A stretch of DNA of 64,000 nucleotides, taken from positions 298,220,001 to 298,284,000 of the forward strand of contig OZ024740.1 in assembly GCA_964016885.1 (NCBI GenBank), in the 5' to 3' direction. The translations under genes and the position numbers were made by a program. The notes under the pieces were generated by a model, which was not told the DNA's origin, did not search any database, and was given only the letters and a program-made list of their open reading frames with translations. Origin of the DNA: Eledone cirrhosa (taxonomy: Eukaryota). The stretch's first letter is position 1. Each line of letters opens with the position of its first letter. Shown here one piece after another: positions 11,416 to 26,600 of this stretch.

Positions 11416-11501
11416 ACACATACTACTATCTGACACTCCCCTACCTGTCCACATGCAATATGCTACTTCTATACTTCTATATCATTGTTCCTTCTCTACA
11501 G

Positions 11502-11627
11502 GAAACTAATTACAGTACTTCATTCTGCAACAGCACTAGTGGAAACAACACTGATCTCACCACTATTATCATTGATGCTTCAAGCTGGTGTTACATTGAC
11601 ACTGTTGGAGTTAAGACCATCTCTCAG
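11502..11627 (+). CDS. SLC26 exon (STAS conserved loop)
   Basis: ctctacag|GAA..CAG|gtaatt; ..TIIIDASSWCYIDTVGVKTISQ matches the STAS IxDxSxxxxIDxxG motif. Confidence 0.92.
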
Positions 11628-12240
11628 GTAATTCATGTTCACATTATTATTTTGTACTCTTCTCTTCTCTGGTTCCAACCTCATCACTTTGGCCAGAAAC
11701 CTGGGCACCACATCTTGTAACATAGAGGGGTAAAAGATAACCAAATACTGGTATTTGACCAACTGATTCATGCCAGTTGGCATTGAGACCTTTGCTGTCC
11801 TCAGACACTGGGCTGACATTTTCCTCCCCAAAATTATGTGGAGTGCATCCTGCCTAAGGAAGGAGCCCCATAAGGTGAGATGGCTGATGCAACAGGTGTC
11901 ACTGGCTGTTTTCTATAGCAATGCTTTTGCTATCTTGTCTATAGGGTGTAGCTGTGATATACTGCCTAGCCAACGGTATAATTTTTCCCCTCCTGTCCTC
12001 TTTCCCCCTTTTTTTCATTATCTAATTTTTATTTTCTTTCACCTTATTCTCTTTTAAATAATTGTTGAGAACCAGTTTTATTATAGCTAAATATGGCTTT
12101 TTTATGTTCCTATGATTATGACTTTATTTTGACTGTAACCCTCTGTGTTCAATTAAAAATGTTGCTTTACATACACTCCACTCACCAGCTAAATCCGGTT
12201 GTTGTTGTTGTTTCAAGTTGATGTCTATATTTCTCAACAG

Positions 12241-12408
12241 ATTATCACCGAATATGAACAAATTAGAGTAAAAGTATTGTTAGCCCAGTGTAAATCATCT
12301 ATCAGAGAGATGTTTGAAAAAAGTAACTTCTATGAATCTATTACACAAAATTGTCTGTTTGTCACAGTCCATGATGCCGTACTTTCTGTCATGCAACCAG
12401 CTTCACAG
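12241..12408 (+). CDS. SLC26 exon (STAS C-terminal part)
   Basis: ctcaacag|ATT..CAG|gtaata; IITEYEQIRVKVLLAQCKSSIREMFEKSNFY..LFVTVHDAVL (FxTVHDAV motif). Confidence 0.94.
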
Positions 12409-12638
12409 GTAATAATTTATAATTTAAATTAAAATATATATCATCATCATCTTCATCATATGTCCACTTTTCCATGCTTGCATGGATAGAACAGGTTCTC
12501 TCTAGCAACGCCTTCCTCCACGTGTTGCGTTTCTTCGTCATCGCTTGTCTGAAGTCCAGTGTTTTATAATCCATTTATATTTAAAATTTATATTTTTCTG
12601 ATTGTTATGAGCTTTTCTTGTTTCTGTCTAACTTTCAG

Positions 12639-12734
12639 GCTAATAATTTGGAACCAGAAACTAAAGAATTAGAGACAAGAGCATCAACATCTGACTTAGA
12701 TACAGATATGGAATGTATTCAATTGAAGATTATG
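12639..12734 (+). CDS. SLC26 C-terminal tail exon, copy 1
   Basis: ctaactttcag|GCT..ATG|gtttgt; open phase-0 frame ANNLEPETKELETRASTSDLDTDMECIQLKIM. Confidence 0.7.
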
Positions 12735-12914
12735 GTTTGTTTCTTTTTTTTCTCTGACTTATCTGTTAAGAGTTAATCTTATGAGAAATAACACTTCCGT
12801 CATCATCATTTTTATGTTTGTTTTCCACACTGGCATGGGTTGGATGTGTTGGCATGGTTTCTACAGTTGGGCACTCTTCTTAATGCCAAACACCTTGTTT
12901 CTGTCTAACTTCAG

Positions 12915-13007
12915 CCTAATTCGGAATCAGAATCTAAAGAATTAGATACAAGAGAGTCAGCATTTGACTTAGACACAGATACAGAAAATATTCAATTGAA
13001 GAATATG
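12915..13007 (+). CDS. SLC26 C-terminal tail exon, duplicated copy 2
   Basis: ctaacttcag|CCT..ATG|gttggt; PNSESESKELDTRESAFDLDTDTENIQLKNM, a paralog of 12639-12734. Confidence 0.6.
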
Positions 13008-13218
13008 GTTGGTTTTGTTTCTTTCTCTGACTTATCTGTTAAGAGTTATGCCAAACACCTTAAAATGTGTACTGGGTACATTTTTTCATGACACCACACT
13101 ACCACTTTACTAAGTGTACTGGATGTATTTTATCATGGCACCAACACACCACTTTATAGGGTAGACTAGGTGCATTTTACCATGGCACCAACACTAAAGA
13201 TGATGTCACATGCTCATC

Positions 13219-13346
13219 AAGGTTAAATAGTCCTCTGAGACCCCATATTGTCTCCATTCCATTGCCAAACATCATTATTAGGTTCAATAATGATGTTTGG
13301 CAATGGAATGGAGACAATATGGGGTCTCAGAGGACTATTTAACCTT
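13219..13346. repeat. Perfect inverted repeat, 61-bp arms and 6-nt loop
   Basis: 13219-13279 is the exact reverse complement of 13286-13346. Confidence 0.97.
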
Positions 13347-13483
13347 ATAATCCCAGGGCATTATAATGTTCTTGTTAAACAGATGAGAAATGATAACACT
13401 TCTGTAATATATGGCAGATAACTTTCCCAAGAACACAAAAAATTACCAATTCTCCAGACAGATAATGTGAAGCAATTTAAATA

Positions 13484-14185
13484 TTAACCCTTTTGTTATC
13501 ATCATTCTAATGAAATACATTGTATTTGACTTAATTAATAAAGAAATTGGAGGGATTTATTAAATTCATTATTTAATTATTGAGATGATATTTGTAACAT
13601 AATTAAACAAAAGGTTCTTATAATCAAATTATACTGGAAGGTATTAATTTAAATGCAAACTATTTAAAATTGGTGGTTTTATTTCATCGAATCTGTTGTA
13701 TATTGGGTTAGTTCATCTGAAAAAAGTTAAATCAACACAGTGACTATATCGGAATGTGAATTCATAATCCACAAAAATCTTTCTTAATCTTCCAAAAACA
13801 CCTTCAGCTGAAATAATTGAAGGAGCGTTCTTCTATAGAAAAGGCTTTCTTACCTCTATAGATTAATCACCAAATAATTCTGGATAGTTGTGGCTGCTAC
13901 TTAATGGATTGACTCCAAGTTCTCTAACATTACTGAGCTCATTGTTAAACCTTTTGTTACCAAACCGGCCAGAATTGGTTCTGGTTCTATGAAATAAATC
14001 CACCCATTTTAAAGGTTTCATATCTAAATTAAAATCTTCCAACATAATTTTATATCAGAACCTTACATTAAATTACTATCTTAGTAATGATATAATTAAT
14101 AATTTTAGTAAATCCCTCAAAATTCTTCAGTAATTAATTAAAATAGAGTTTATTTCATTAGGAATGCAGTCATGAAAGAGTTAAA
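13484..14185. mobile_element. Two degenerate copies of a second TTAA-flanked MITE family in opposite orientation (13484-13730, 13945-14185)
   Basis: Ends ttaa(c)ccttttgtta..; relatives at about 47350-47450, 52268-52620 and 60397-60520. Confidence 0.5.
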
Positions 14186-14254
14186 CCTAAACAAATATGC
14201 TAAGAAAAATGATTCATAAAACATGCACACACTACTATGCTACACTTTCCCACT

Positions 14255-14400
14255 TCACAATCATAAGGTTTCAGGTTCAATCCCACAGCATGCCATCTTA
14301 GGCAAGTGTCATTTCATTTACTATGGCCTTGGTTCAACCAATGCCTTGTAAATAAAATTGTGTAGACAGAAATTGCTTGAAAGCCTGTCAGATGGACTGT
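14255..14400 (+). mobile_element. tRNA-derived SINE (family C)
   Basis: B box ggttcaatccc then ggcaagtgtc..tactatggcc..gccttgt..gtagacagaaa; copies at 37330-37430, 45670-45830(-) and 45940-46075(-). Confidence 0.55.
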
Positions 14401-14659
14401 AGCTGTAATTGAAAGGGCCAGCCTCGTCACGCACTGTGTTGTGCTGAATTTGGAGATCCATTCTACTATGCTGCACCACATACAACATGTTCTCATGACC
14501 ACATAAGAACATCAACCTATCTGCCACACTACAAATCTAATGTCTTTACTTTCACAACACAACCTATCCTCACTGACAAAATATTCTTACTCCCCTCCCC
14601 CCTCAAAATGTCTCACACAATATGCCATGCTACACCTCAGACAGCATGTCCTCATTGGC

Positions 14660-17600
14660 ACACTACACCACACATATCCACACATTGTTCCCACTACTGC
14701 CTCTACACACTACACACTGTTGCCACTACTACCTCTACAAACTACACACTGTTCACACTACTACCTCTACACACTACACACTGTTCCCACTACTACCTCT
14801 ACACACTACACACTGTTGCCACTACTATCTCTACACACTACACACTGTTCCCACTACTACCTCTACACACTACACACTGTTGCCACTACTATCTCTACAC
14901 ACTACACATTGTTCCCACTACTACCTCTACAAACTACACACTGTTCCCACTACTACCTCTACACACTACACACTGTTCCCACTACTACCTCTACACACTA
15001 CACACTGTTCCCACTACTACCTCTACACACTACACACTGTTCCCACTACTACCTCTACAAACTACACACTGTTCCCACTACTACCTCTACACACTACACA
15101 CTGTTCCCACTACTACCTCTACACACTACACACTGTTCCCACTACTACCTCTACACACTACACACTGTTGCCACTACTACCTCTACACACTACACATTGT
15201 TCACACTACACACTGTTCCCACTACTACCTCTACACACTGTTCCCACTACTACCTCTACACACTGTTCCCACTACTGCCTCTACACACTACACACTGTTC
15301 CCACTACTACCTCTACACACTACGCACTGTTCCCACTACAACCTCTACACACTACACACTGTTGCCACTACTGCCTCTACACACTACACACTGTTCCCAC
15401 TACTACCTCTACACACTACGCACTGTTCCCACTACTGCCTCTACACACTACACACTGTTCCCACTACTACCTCTACACACTGTTCCCACTACTACCTCTA
15501 CACACTACGCACTGTTCCCACTACTACCTCTACACACTACACACTGTTCCCACTACTACCTCTACACACTACGCACTGTTCCCACTACTGCCTCTACACA
15601 CTACACACTGTTCCCACTACTACCTCTACACACTGTTCCCACTACTACCTCTACACACTACGCACTGTTCCCACTACTACCTCTACACACTACACACTGT
15701 TCCCACTACTACCTCTACACACTACGCACTGTTCCCACTACAACCTCTACACACTACACACTGTTGCCACTACTGCCTCTACACACTACACACTGTTCCC
15801 ACTACTACCTCTACACACTACGCACTGTTCCCACTACTGCCTCTACACACTACACACTGTTCCCACTACTACCTCTACACACTGTTCCCACTACTACCTC
15901 TACACACTACACACTGTTCCCACTACTACCTCTACACACTGTTGCCACTACTACCTCTACACACTGTTGCCACTACTACCTCTACACACTGACCCACTAC
16001 TACCTCTACACACTGTTCCCACTACTACCTCTACACACTGTTCCCACTACTACCTCTACACACTGTTCCCACTACTACCTCTACACACTGTTGCCACTAC
16101 TACCTCTACACACTGTTGCCACTACTACCTCTACACACTACACACTGTTCCCACTACTACCTCTACACACTACACACTGTTCCCACTACTACCTCTACAC
16201 ACAACACACTGTTCCCATTACTACCTCTACACACTACACACTGTTCCCACTACTACACACTACACACTGTTGCCACTACTACCTCTACACACTGTTGCCA
16301 CTACTACCTCTACACACTGTTGCCACTACTACCTCTACACACTGTTGCCACTACTACCTCTACACACTACACACTGTTCCCACTACTACCTCTACACACT
16401 ACACACTGTTCCCACTACTACACACTACACACTGTTGCCACTACTACCTCTACACACTGTTGCCACTACTACCTCTACACACTGTTCCCACTACTACCTC
16501 TACACACTGTTCCCACTACTACCTCTACACACTGTTCCCACTACTACCTCTACACACTGTTCCCACTACTGCCTCTACACACTACACACTGTTCCCACTA
16601 CTACCTCTACACACTACGCACTGTTCCCACTACAACCTCTACACACTACACACTGTTGCCACTACTGCCTCTACACACTACACACTGTTCCCACTACTAC
16701 CTCTACACACTACGCACTGTTCCCACTACTGCCTCTACACACTACACACTGTTCCCACTACTACCTCTACACACTACGCACTGTTCCCACTACTGCCTCT
16801 ACACACTACACACTGTTCCCACTACTACCTCTACACACTACACACTGTTCCCACTACTACCTCTACACACTACACACTGTTCCCACTACTACCTCTACAC
16901 ACTACGCACTGTTCCCACTACTGCCTCTACACACTACACACTGTTCCCACTACTACCTCTACACACTGTTCCCACTACTACCTCTACACACTACACACTG
17001 TTCCCACTACTACCTCTACACACTACACACTGTTCCCACTACTACCTCTACACACTACACACTGTTCCCACTACTACCTCTACACACTACACACTGTTCC
17101 CACTACTACCTCTACACACTACACACTGTTCCCACTACTACCTCTACACACTACACACTGTTCCCACTACTACCTCTACACACTACGCACTGTTCCCACT
17201 ACTGCCTCTACACACTACACACTGTTCCCACTACTACCTCTACACACTGTTCCCACTACTACCTCTACACACTACGCACTGTTCCCACTACTACCTCTAC
17301 ACACTACACACTGTTCCCACTACTACCTCTACACACTACGCACTGTTCCCACTACAACCTCTACACACTACACACTGTTGCCACTACTGCCTCTACACAC
17401 TACACACTGTTCCCACTACTACCTCTACACACTACGCACTGTTCCCACTACTGCCTCTACACACTACACACTGTTCCCACTACTACCTCTACACACTGTT
17501 GCCACTACCACCTCTACACACTGTTCCCACTACTACCTCTACACACTACACACTGTTCCCACTACTACCTCTACACACTGTTGCCACTACTACCTCTACA

Positions 17601-20600
17601 CACTGTTGCCACTACTACCTCTACACACTGACCCACTACTACCTCTACACACTGTTCCCACTACTACCTCTACACACTGTTCCCACTACTACCTCTACAC
17701 ACTGTTCCCACTACTACCTCTACACACTGTTGCCACTACTACCTCTACACACTGTTGCCACTACTACCTCTACACACTACACACTGTTCCCACTACTACC
17801 TCTACACACTACACACTGTTCCCACTACTACCTCTACACACAACACACTGTTCCCATTACTACCTCTACACACTACACACTGTTCCCACTACTACACACT
17901 ACACACTGTTGCCACTACTACCTCTACACACTGTTGCCACTACTACCTCTACACACTGTTGCCACTACTACCTCTACACACTGTTGCCACTACTACCTCT
18001 ACACACTACACACTGTTCCCACTACTACCTCTACACACTACACACTGTTCCCACTACTACACACTACACACTGTTGCCACTACTACCTCTACACACTGTT
18101 GCCACTACTACCTCTACACACTGTTGCCACTACTACCTCTACACACTACACACTGTTCCCACTACTACCTCTACACACTACACACTGTTCCCACTACTAC
18201 CTCTACACACTACGCACTGTTCCCACTACTACCTCTACACACTACACACTGTTCCCACTACTACCTCTACACACTACACACTGTTCCCACTACTACCTCT
18301 ACACACTGTTGCCACTACCACCTCTACACACTGTTGCCACTACTACCTCTACACACTGTTCCCACTACTGCCTCTACACACTACACACTGTTCCCACTAC
18401 TACCTCTACACACTGTTGCCACTACTACCACTACACACTGTTCCCACTACTGCCTCTACACACTGTTCCCACTACTACCTCTACACACTACACACTGTTC
18501 CCACTACTGCCTCTACACACTACACACTGTTCCCACTACTACCTCTACACACTACACACTGTTCCCACTACTACCTCTACACACTACACACTGTTCCCAC
18601 TACTACCTCTACACACTACACACTGTTCCCACTACTACCTCTACACACTACACACTGTTCCCACTACTACCTCTACACACTACACACTGTTCCCACTACT
18701 ACCTCTACACACTACACACTGTTCCCACTACTACCTCTACACACTACACACTGTTCCCACTACTGCCTCTACACACTACACACTGTTCCCACTACTACCT
18801 CTACACACTACACACTGTTCCCACTACTACCTCTACACACTACACACTGTTCCCACTACTACCTCTACACACTACACACTGTTCCCACTACTACCTCTAC
18901 ACACTACACACTGTTCCCACTACTACCTCTACACACTACACACTGTTCCCACTACTACCTCTACACACTACACACTGTTCCCACTACTACCTCTACACAC
19001 TACACACTGTTCCCACTACTGCCTCTACACACTACACACTGTTCCCACTACTACCTCTACACACTACACACTGTTCCCACTACTACCTCTACACACTACA
19101 CACTGTTCCCACTACTGCCTCTACACACTACACACTGTTCCCACTACTACCTCTACACACTACACACTGTTCCCACTACTACCTCTACACACTACACACT
19201 GTTCCCACTACTACCTCTACACACTACACACTGTTCCCACTACTACCTCTACACACTACACACTGTTCCCACTACTACCTCTACACACTACACACTGTTC
19301 CCACTACTACCTCTACACACTACACACTGTTCCCACTATTACCTCTACACACTACACACTGTTCCCACTACTACCTCTACACACTACACACTGTTGCCAC
19401 TACTACCTCTACACACTACACACTGTTCCCACTACTGCCTCTACACACTACACACTGTTCCCACTACTACCTCTACACACTACACACTGTTGCCACTACT
19501 ACCTCTACACACTACACACTGTTCCCACTACTACCTCTACACACTACACACTGTTCCCACTACTACCTCTACACACTACACACTGTTCCCACTACTACCT
19601 CTACACACTACGCACTGTTCCCACTACTGCCTCTACACACTACACACTGTTGCCACTACTACCTCTACACACTCCACACTGTTTCCACTACTACCTCTAC
19701 ACACTACACACTGTTCCCACTATTACCTCTACACACTACGCACTGTTCCCACTACTGCCTCTACACACTACACACTGTTCCCACTACTACCTCTACACAC
19801 TCCACACTGTTTCCACTACTACCTCTACACACTACACACTGTTCCCACTACTACCTCTACACACTACACACTGTTTCCACTACTACCTCTACACACTACA
19901 CACTGTTCCCACTACTACCTCTACACACTACACACTGTTCCCACTACTACCTCTACACACTCCACACTGTTTCCACTACTACCTCTACACACTACACACT
20001 GTTCCCACTACTACCTCTACACACTACACACTGTTTCCACTACTACCTCTACACACTACACACTGTTCCCACTACTACCTCTACACACTACACACTGTTC
20101 CCACTATTACCTCTACACACTCCACACTGTTTCCACTACTACCTCTACACACTACACACTGTTCCCACTACTACCTCTACACACTACACACTGTTTCCAC
20201 TACTACCTCTACACACTACACACTGTTTCCACTACTACCTCTACACACTACACACTGTTCCCACTACTACCTCTACACACTACACACTGTTCCCACTACT
20301 ACCTCTACACACTCCACACTGTTTCCACTACTACCTCTACACACTACACACTGTTCCCACTACTACCTCTACACACTACACACTGTTCCCACTACTACCT
20401 CTACACACTACACACTGTTGCCACTACTACCTCTACACACTACACACTGTTCCCACTATTACCTCTACACACTACACACTGTTGCCACTACTACCTCTAC
20501 ACACTACACACTGTTGCCACTACTACCTCTACACACTACACACTGTTGCCACTACTACCTCTACACACTACACACTGTTCCCACTACTACCTCTACACAC

Positions 20601-23600
20601 TACACACTGTTCCCACTACTGCCTCTACACACTACACACTGTTGCCACTACTACCTCTACACACTACACACTGTTCCCACTACTACCTCTACACACTACA
20701 CACTGTTCCCACTACTACCTCTACACACTACACACTGTTTCCACTACTGCCTCTACACACTGTTCCCACTACTACCTCTACACACTACACACTGTTCCCA
20801 CTACTACCTCTACACACTACACACTGTTTCCACTACTGCCTCTACACACTGTTCCCACTACTACCTCTACACACTACACACTGTTTCCACTACTGCCTCT
20901 ACACACTGTTCCCACTACTACCTCTACACACTACACACTGTTGCCACTACTACCTCTACACACTACACACTGTTCCCACTATTACCTCTACACACTCCAC
21001 ACTGTTTCCACTACTACCTCTACACACTACACACTGTTCCCACTACTACCTCTACACACTACACACTGTTGCCACTACTACCTCTACACACTACATACTG
21101 TTGCCACTACTACCTCTACACACTACACACTGTTGCCACTACTGCCTCTACACACTACACACTGTTCCCACTACTACCTCTACACACTCCACACTGTTTC
21201 CACTACTACCTCTACACACTACACACTGTTGCCACTACTGCCTCTACACACTACACACTGTTCCCACTACTACCTCTACACACTACACACTGTTGCCACT
21301 ACTACCTCTACACACTACACACTGTTCCCACTATTACCTCTACACACTCCACACTGTTTCCACTACTACCTCTACACACTACACACTGTTCCCACTACTA
21401 CCTCTACACACTACACACTGTTGCCACTACTACCTCTACACACTACACACTGTTGCCACTACTACCTCTACACACTACACACTGTTGCCACTACTGCCTC
21501 TACACACTACACACTGTTCCCACTACTACCTCTACACACTCCACACTGTTTCCACTACTACCTCTACACACTACACACTGTTGCCACTACTACCTCTACA
21601 CACTACACACTGTTGCCACTACTGCCTCTACACACTACACACTGTTCCCACTACTACCTCTACACACTACACACTGTTGCCACTACTACCTCTACACACT
21701 ACACACTGTTGCCACTACTGCCTCTACACACTACACACTGTTCCCACTACTACCTCTACACACTCCACACTGTTTCCACTACTACCTCTACACACTACAC
21801 ACTGTTCCCACTACTACCTCTACACACTACACACTGTTGCCACTACTACCTCTACACACTACACACTGTTGCCACTACTACCTCTACACACTACACACTG
21901 TTGCCACTACTGCCTCTACACACTACACACTGTTCCCACTACTACCTCTACACACTCCACACTGTTTCCACTACTACCTCTACACACTGTTGCCACTACT
22001 ACCTCTACACACTACACACTGTTGCCACTACTACCTCTACACACTACACACTGTTCCCACTACTACCTCTACACACTGTTGCCACTACTACCTCTACACA
22101 CTACACACTGTTGCCACTACTACCTCTACACACTACACACTGTTCCCACTACTACCTCTACACACTACACACTGTTCCCACTATTACCTCTACACACTAC
22201 ACACTGTTCCCACTACTACCTCTACACACTACACACTGTTCCCACTACTACCTCTACACACTACACACTGTTCCCACTACTACCTCTACACACTGTTGCC
22301 ACTACTACCTCTACACACTGTTCACACTACTACCTCTACACACTACACACTGTTCCCACTACTACCTCTACACACTACACACTGTTCCCACTACTACCTC
22401 TACACACTACGCACTGTTCCCACTACCACCTCTACACACTGTTCCCACTACTACCTCTACGCACTGTTCCCACTACTACCTCTACGCACTGTTCCCACTA
22501 CTACCTCTACACACTGTTCCCACTACTACCTCTACACACTACGCACTGTTCCCACTATTACCTCTACACACTACGCACTGTTCCCACTACTACCTCTACA
22601 CACTACACACTGTTCCCACTACTACCTCTACACACTGTTCCCACTACTACCTCTACACACTACGCACTGTTCCCACTATTACCTCTACACACTACGCACT
22701 GTTCCCACTACTACCTCTACACACTACACACTGTTCCCACTACTACCTCTACACACTGTTCCCACTACTACCTCTACACACTACGCACTGTTCCCACTAT
22801 TACCTCTACACACTACGCACTGTTCCCACTACTACCTCTACACACTACACACTGTTTCCACTACTACCTCTACAAACTACACACTGTTCCCACTACTACC
22901 TCTACACACTACACACTGTTCCCACTACTACCTCTACACACTACACACTGTTTCCACTACTACCTCTACACACTACACACTGTTTCCACTACAACCTCTA
23001 CACACTACACACTGTTCCCACTACTACCTCTACACACTACACACTGTTCCCACTACAACCTCTACACACTACACACTGTTCCCACTACTGCCTCTACACA
23101 CTACACACTGTTCCCACTACTACCTCTACACACTACACACTGTTCCCACTACTACCTCTACACACTACACACTGTTCCCACTATTACCTCTACACACTAC
23201 ACACTGTTCCCACTACTGCCTCTACACACTACACACTGTTCCCACTACTACCTCTACACACTACACACTGTTCCCACTACAACCTCTACACACTACACAC
23301 TGTTCCCACTACTACCTCTACACACTACACACTGTTCCCACTACTACCTCTACACACTACACACTGTTCCCACTATTACCTCTACACACTACACACTGTT
23401 CCCACTACTGCCTCTACACACTACACACTGTTCCCACTACTACCTCTACACACTACACACTGTTCCCACTACTACCTCTACACACTACACACTGTTCCCA
23501 CTATTACCTCTACACACTACACACTGTTCCCACTACTGCCTCTACACACTACACACTGTTCCCACTACTACCTCTACACACTACACACTGTTGCCACTAC

Positions 23601-26600
23601 CACCTCTACACACTGTTGCCACTACTACCTCTACACACTGTTGCCACTACTACCTCTACACACTGTTGCCACTACCACCTCTACACACTGTTGCCACTAC
23701 TACCACTACACACTGTTCCCACTATTACCTCTACACACTACACACTGTTCCCACTACTACCTCTACACACTGTTGCCACTACCACCTCTACACACTGTTG
23801 CCACTACTACCACTACACACTGTTCCCACTATTACCTCTACACACTACACACTGTTCCCACTACTACCTCTACACACTACACACTGTTCCCACTACAACC
23901 TCTACACACTACACACTGTTCCCACTACTGCCTCTACACACTACACACTGTTCCCACTACTACCTCTACACACTACACACTGTTCCCACTACTACCTCTA
24001 CACACTACACACTGTTCCCACTACTACCTCTACACACTACACACTGTTGCCACTACTACCTCTACACACTCCACAGTTTCCACTACTACCTCTACACACT
24101 ACACACTGTTCCCACTACTACCTCTACACACTACACACTGTTCCCACTACTACCTCTACACACTCCACACTGTTCCCACTACTACCTCTACACACTACAC
24201 ACTGTTGCCACTACTACCTCTACACACTGTTCCCACTACTACCTCTACACACTACACACTGTTCCCACTACTACCTCTACACACTACGCACTGTTCCCAC
24301 TACTACCTCTACACACTACACACTGTTCCCACTACTACCTCTACACACTCCACACTGTTTCCACTACTACGTCTACACACTACACACTGTTGCCACTACC
24401 ACCTCTACACACTGTTCCCACTACTACCTCTACACACTACACACTGTTCCCACTACTACCTCTACACACTCCACACTGTTTCCACTACTACCTCTACACA
24501 CTACACACTGTTGCCACTACTACCTCTACACACTGTTCCCACTACTACCTCTACACACTACGCACTGTTCCCACTACTACCTCTACACACTACGCACTGT
24601 TCCCACTACTACCTCTACACACTACACACTGTTGCCACTACCACCTCTACACACTACACACTATTGCCACTACTACCTCTACACACTACACACTGTTGCC
24701 ACTACCACCTCTACACACTACACACTGTTGCCACTACTACCTCTACACACTGTTCACACTACTACCTCTACACACTACGCACTGTTCCCACTACTGCCTC
24801 TACACACTACGCACTGTTCCCACTACCACCTCTACACACTGTTCCCACTACTACCTCTACGCACTGTTCCCACTACTACCTCTACACACTGTTCCCACTA
24901 CTACCTCTACACACTACACACTGTTCCCACTACTACCTCTACACACTACACACTGTTCCCACTACTACCTCTACACACTACACACTGTTCCCACTATTAC
25001 CTCTACACACTACACACTGTTCCCACTATTACCTCTACACACTACACACTGTTCCCACTACTACCTCTACACACTACACACTGTTGCCACTACCACCTCT
25101 ACACACTACACACTGTTGCCACTACTACCTCTACACACTACGCACTGTTCCCACTACTACCTCTACACACTGTTCACACTACTACCTCTACACACTACGC
25201 ACTGTTCCCACTACCACCTCTACACACTGTTCCCACTACTACCTCTACGCACTGTTCCCACTACTACCTCTACACACTGTTGCCACTACTACCTCTACAC
25301 ACTACACACTGTTCCCACTACTACCTCTACACACTACACACTGTTCCCACTACTACCTCTACACACTACACACTGTTCCCACTATTACCTCTACACACTA
25401 CACACTGTTCCCACTACTACCTCTACACACTACACACTGTTCCCACTACTACCTCTACACACTACACACTGTTCCCACTACTACCTCTACGCACTGTTCC
25501 CACTACTACCTCTACACACTGTTCCCACTACTACCTCTACACACTACACACTGTTCCCACTACTACCTCTACACACTACACACTGTTCCCACTACTACCT
25601 CTACACACTACACACTGTTCCCACTATTACCTCTACACACTACACACTGTTCCCACTACTACCTCTACACACTACACACTGTTCCCACTACTACCTCTAC
25701 ACACTACACACTGTTCCCACTACTACCTCTACACACTACACACTGTTCCCACTACTACCTCTACACACTGTTGCCACTACTACCTCTACACACTACACAC
25801 TGTTCCCACTACTACCTCTACACACTACACACTGTTCCCACTACAACCTCTACACACTACACACTGTTCCCACTACTACCTCTAGGCACTGTTCCCACTA
25901 CTACCTCTACACACTACACACTGTTCCCACTATTACCTCTACACACTACACACTGTTCCCACTACTACCTCTACACACTACACACTGTTCCCACTACTAC
26001 CTCTACACACTACACACTGTTCCCACTACTACCTCTACACACTACACACTGTTCCCACTACTACCTCTACACACTGTTCCCACTACTACCTCTACACACT
26101 ACACACTGTTCCCACTACTACCTCTACACACTACACACTGTTCCCACTACTACCTCTACACACTACACACTGTTCCCACTACTACCTCTACACACTGTTG
26201 CCACTACTACCTCTACACACTACACACTGTTCCCACTACTACCTCTACACACTACACACTGTTCCCACTACTACCTCTACACACTACACACTGTTCCCAC
26301 TACTACCTCTACACACTGTTGCCACTACTACCTCTACACACTACACACTGTTCCCACTACTACCTCTACACACTACACACTGTTCCCACTACTACCTCTA
26401 CACACTACACACTGTTCCCACTATTACCTCTACACACTACACACTGTTCCCACTACTACCTCTACACACTACACACTGTTCCCACTACTACCTCTACACA
26501 CTACACACTGTTCCCACTACTACCTCTAGGCACTGTTCCCACTACTACCTCTACACACTACACACTGTTCCCACTATTACCTCTACACACTACACACTGT

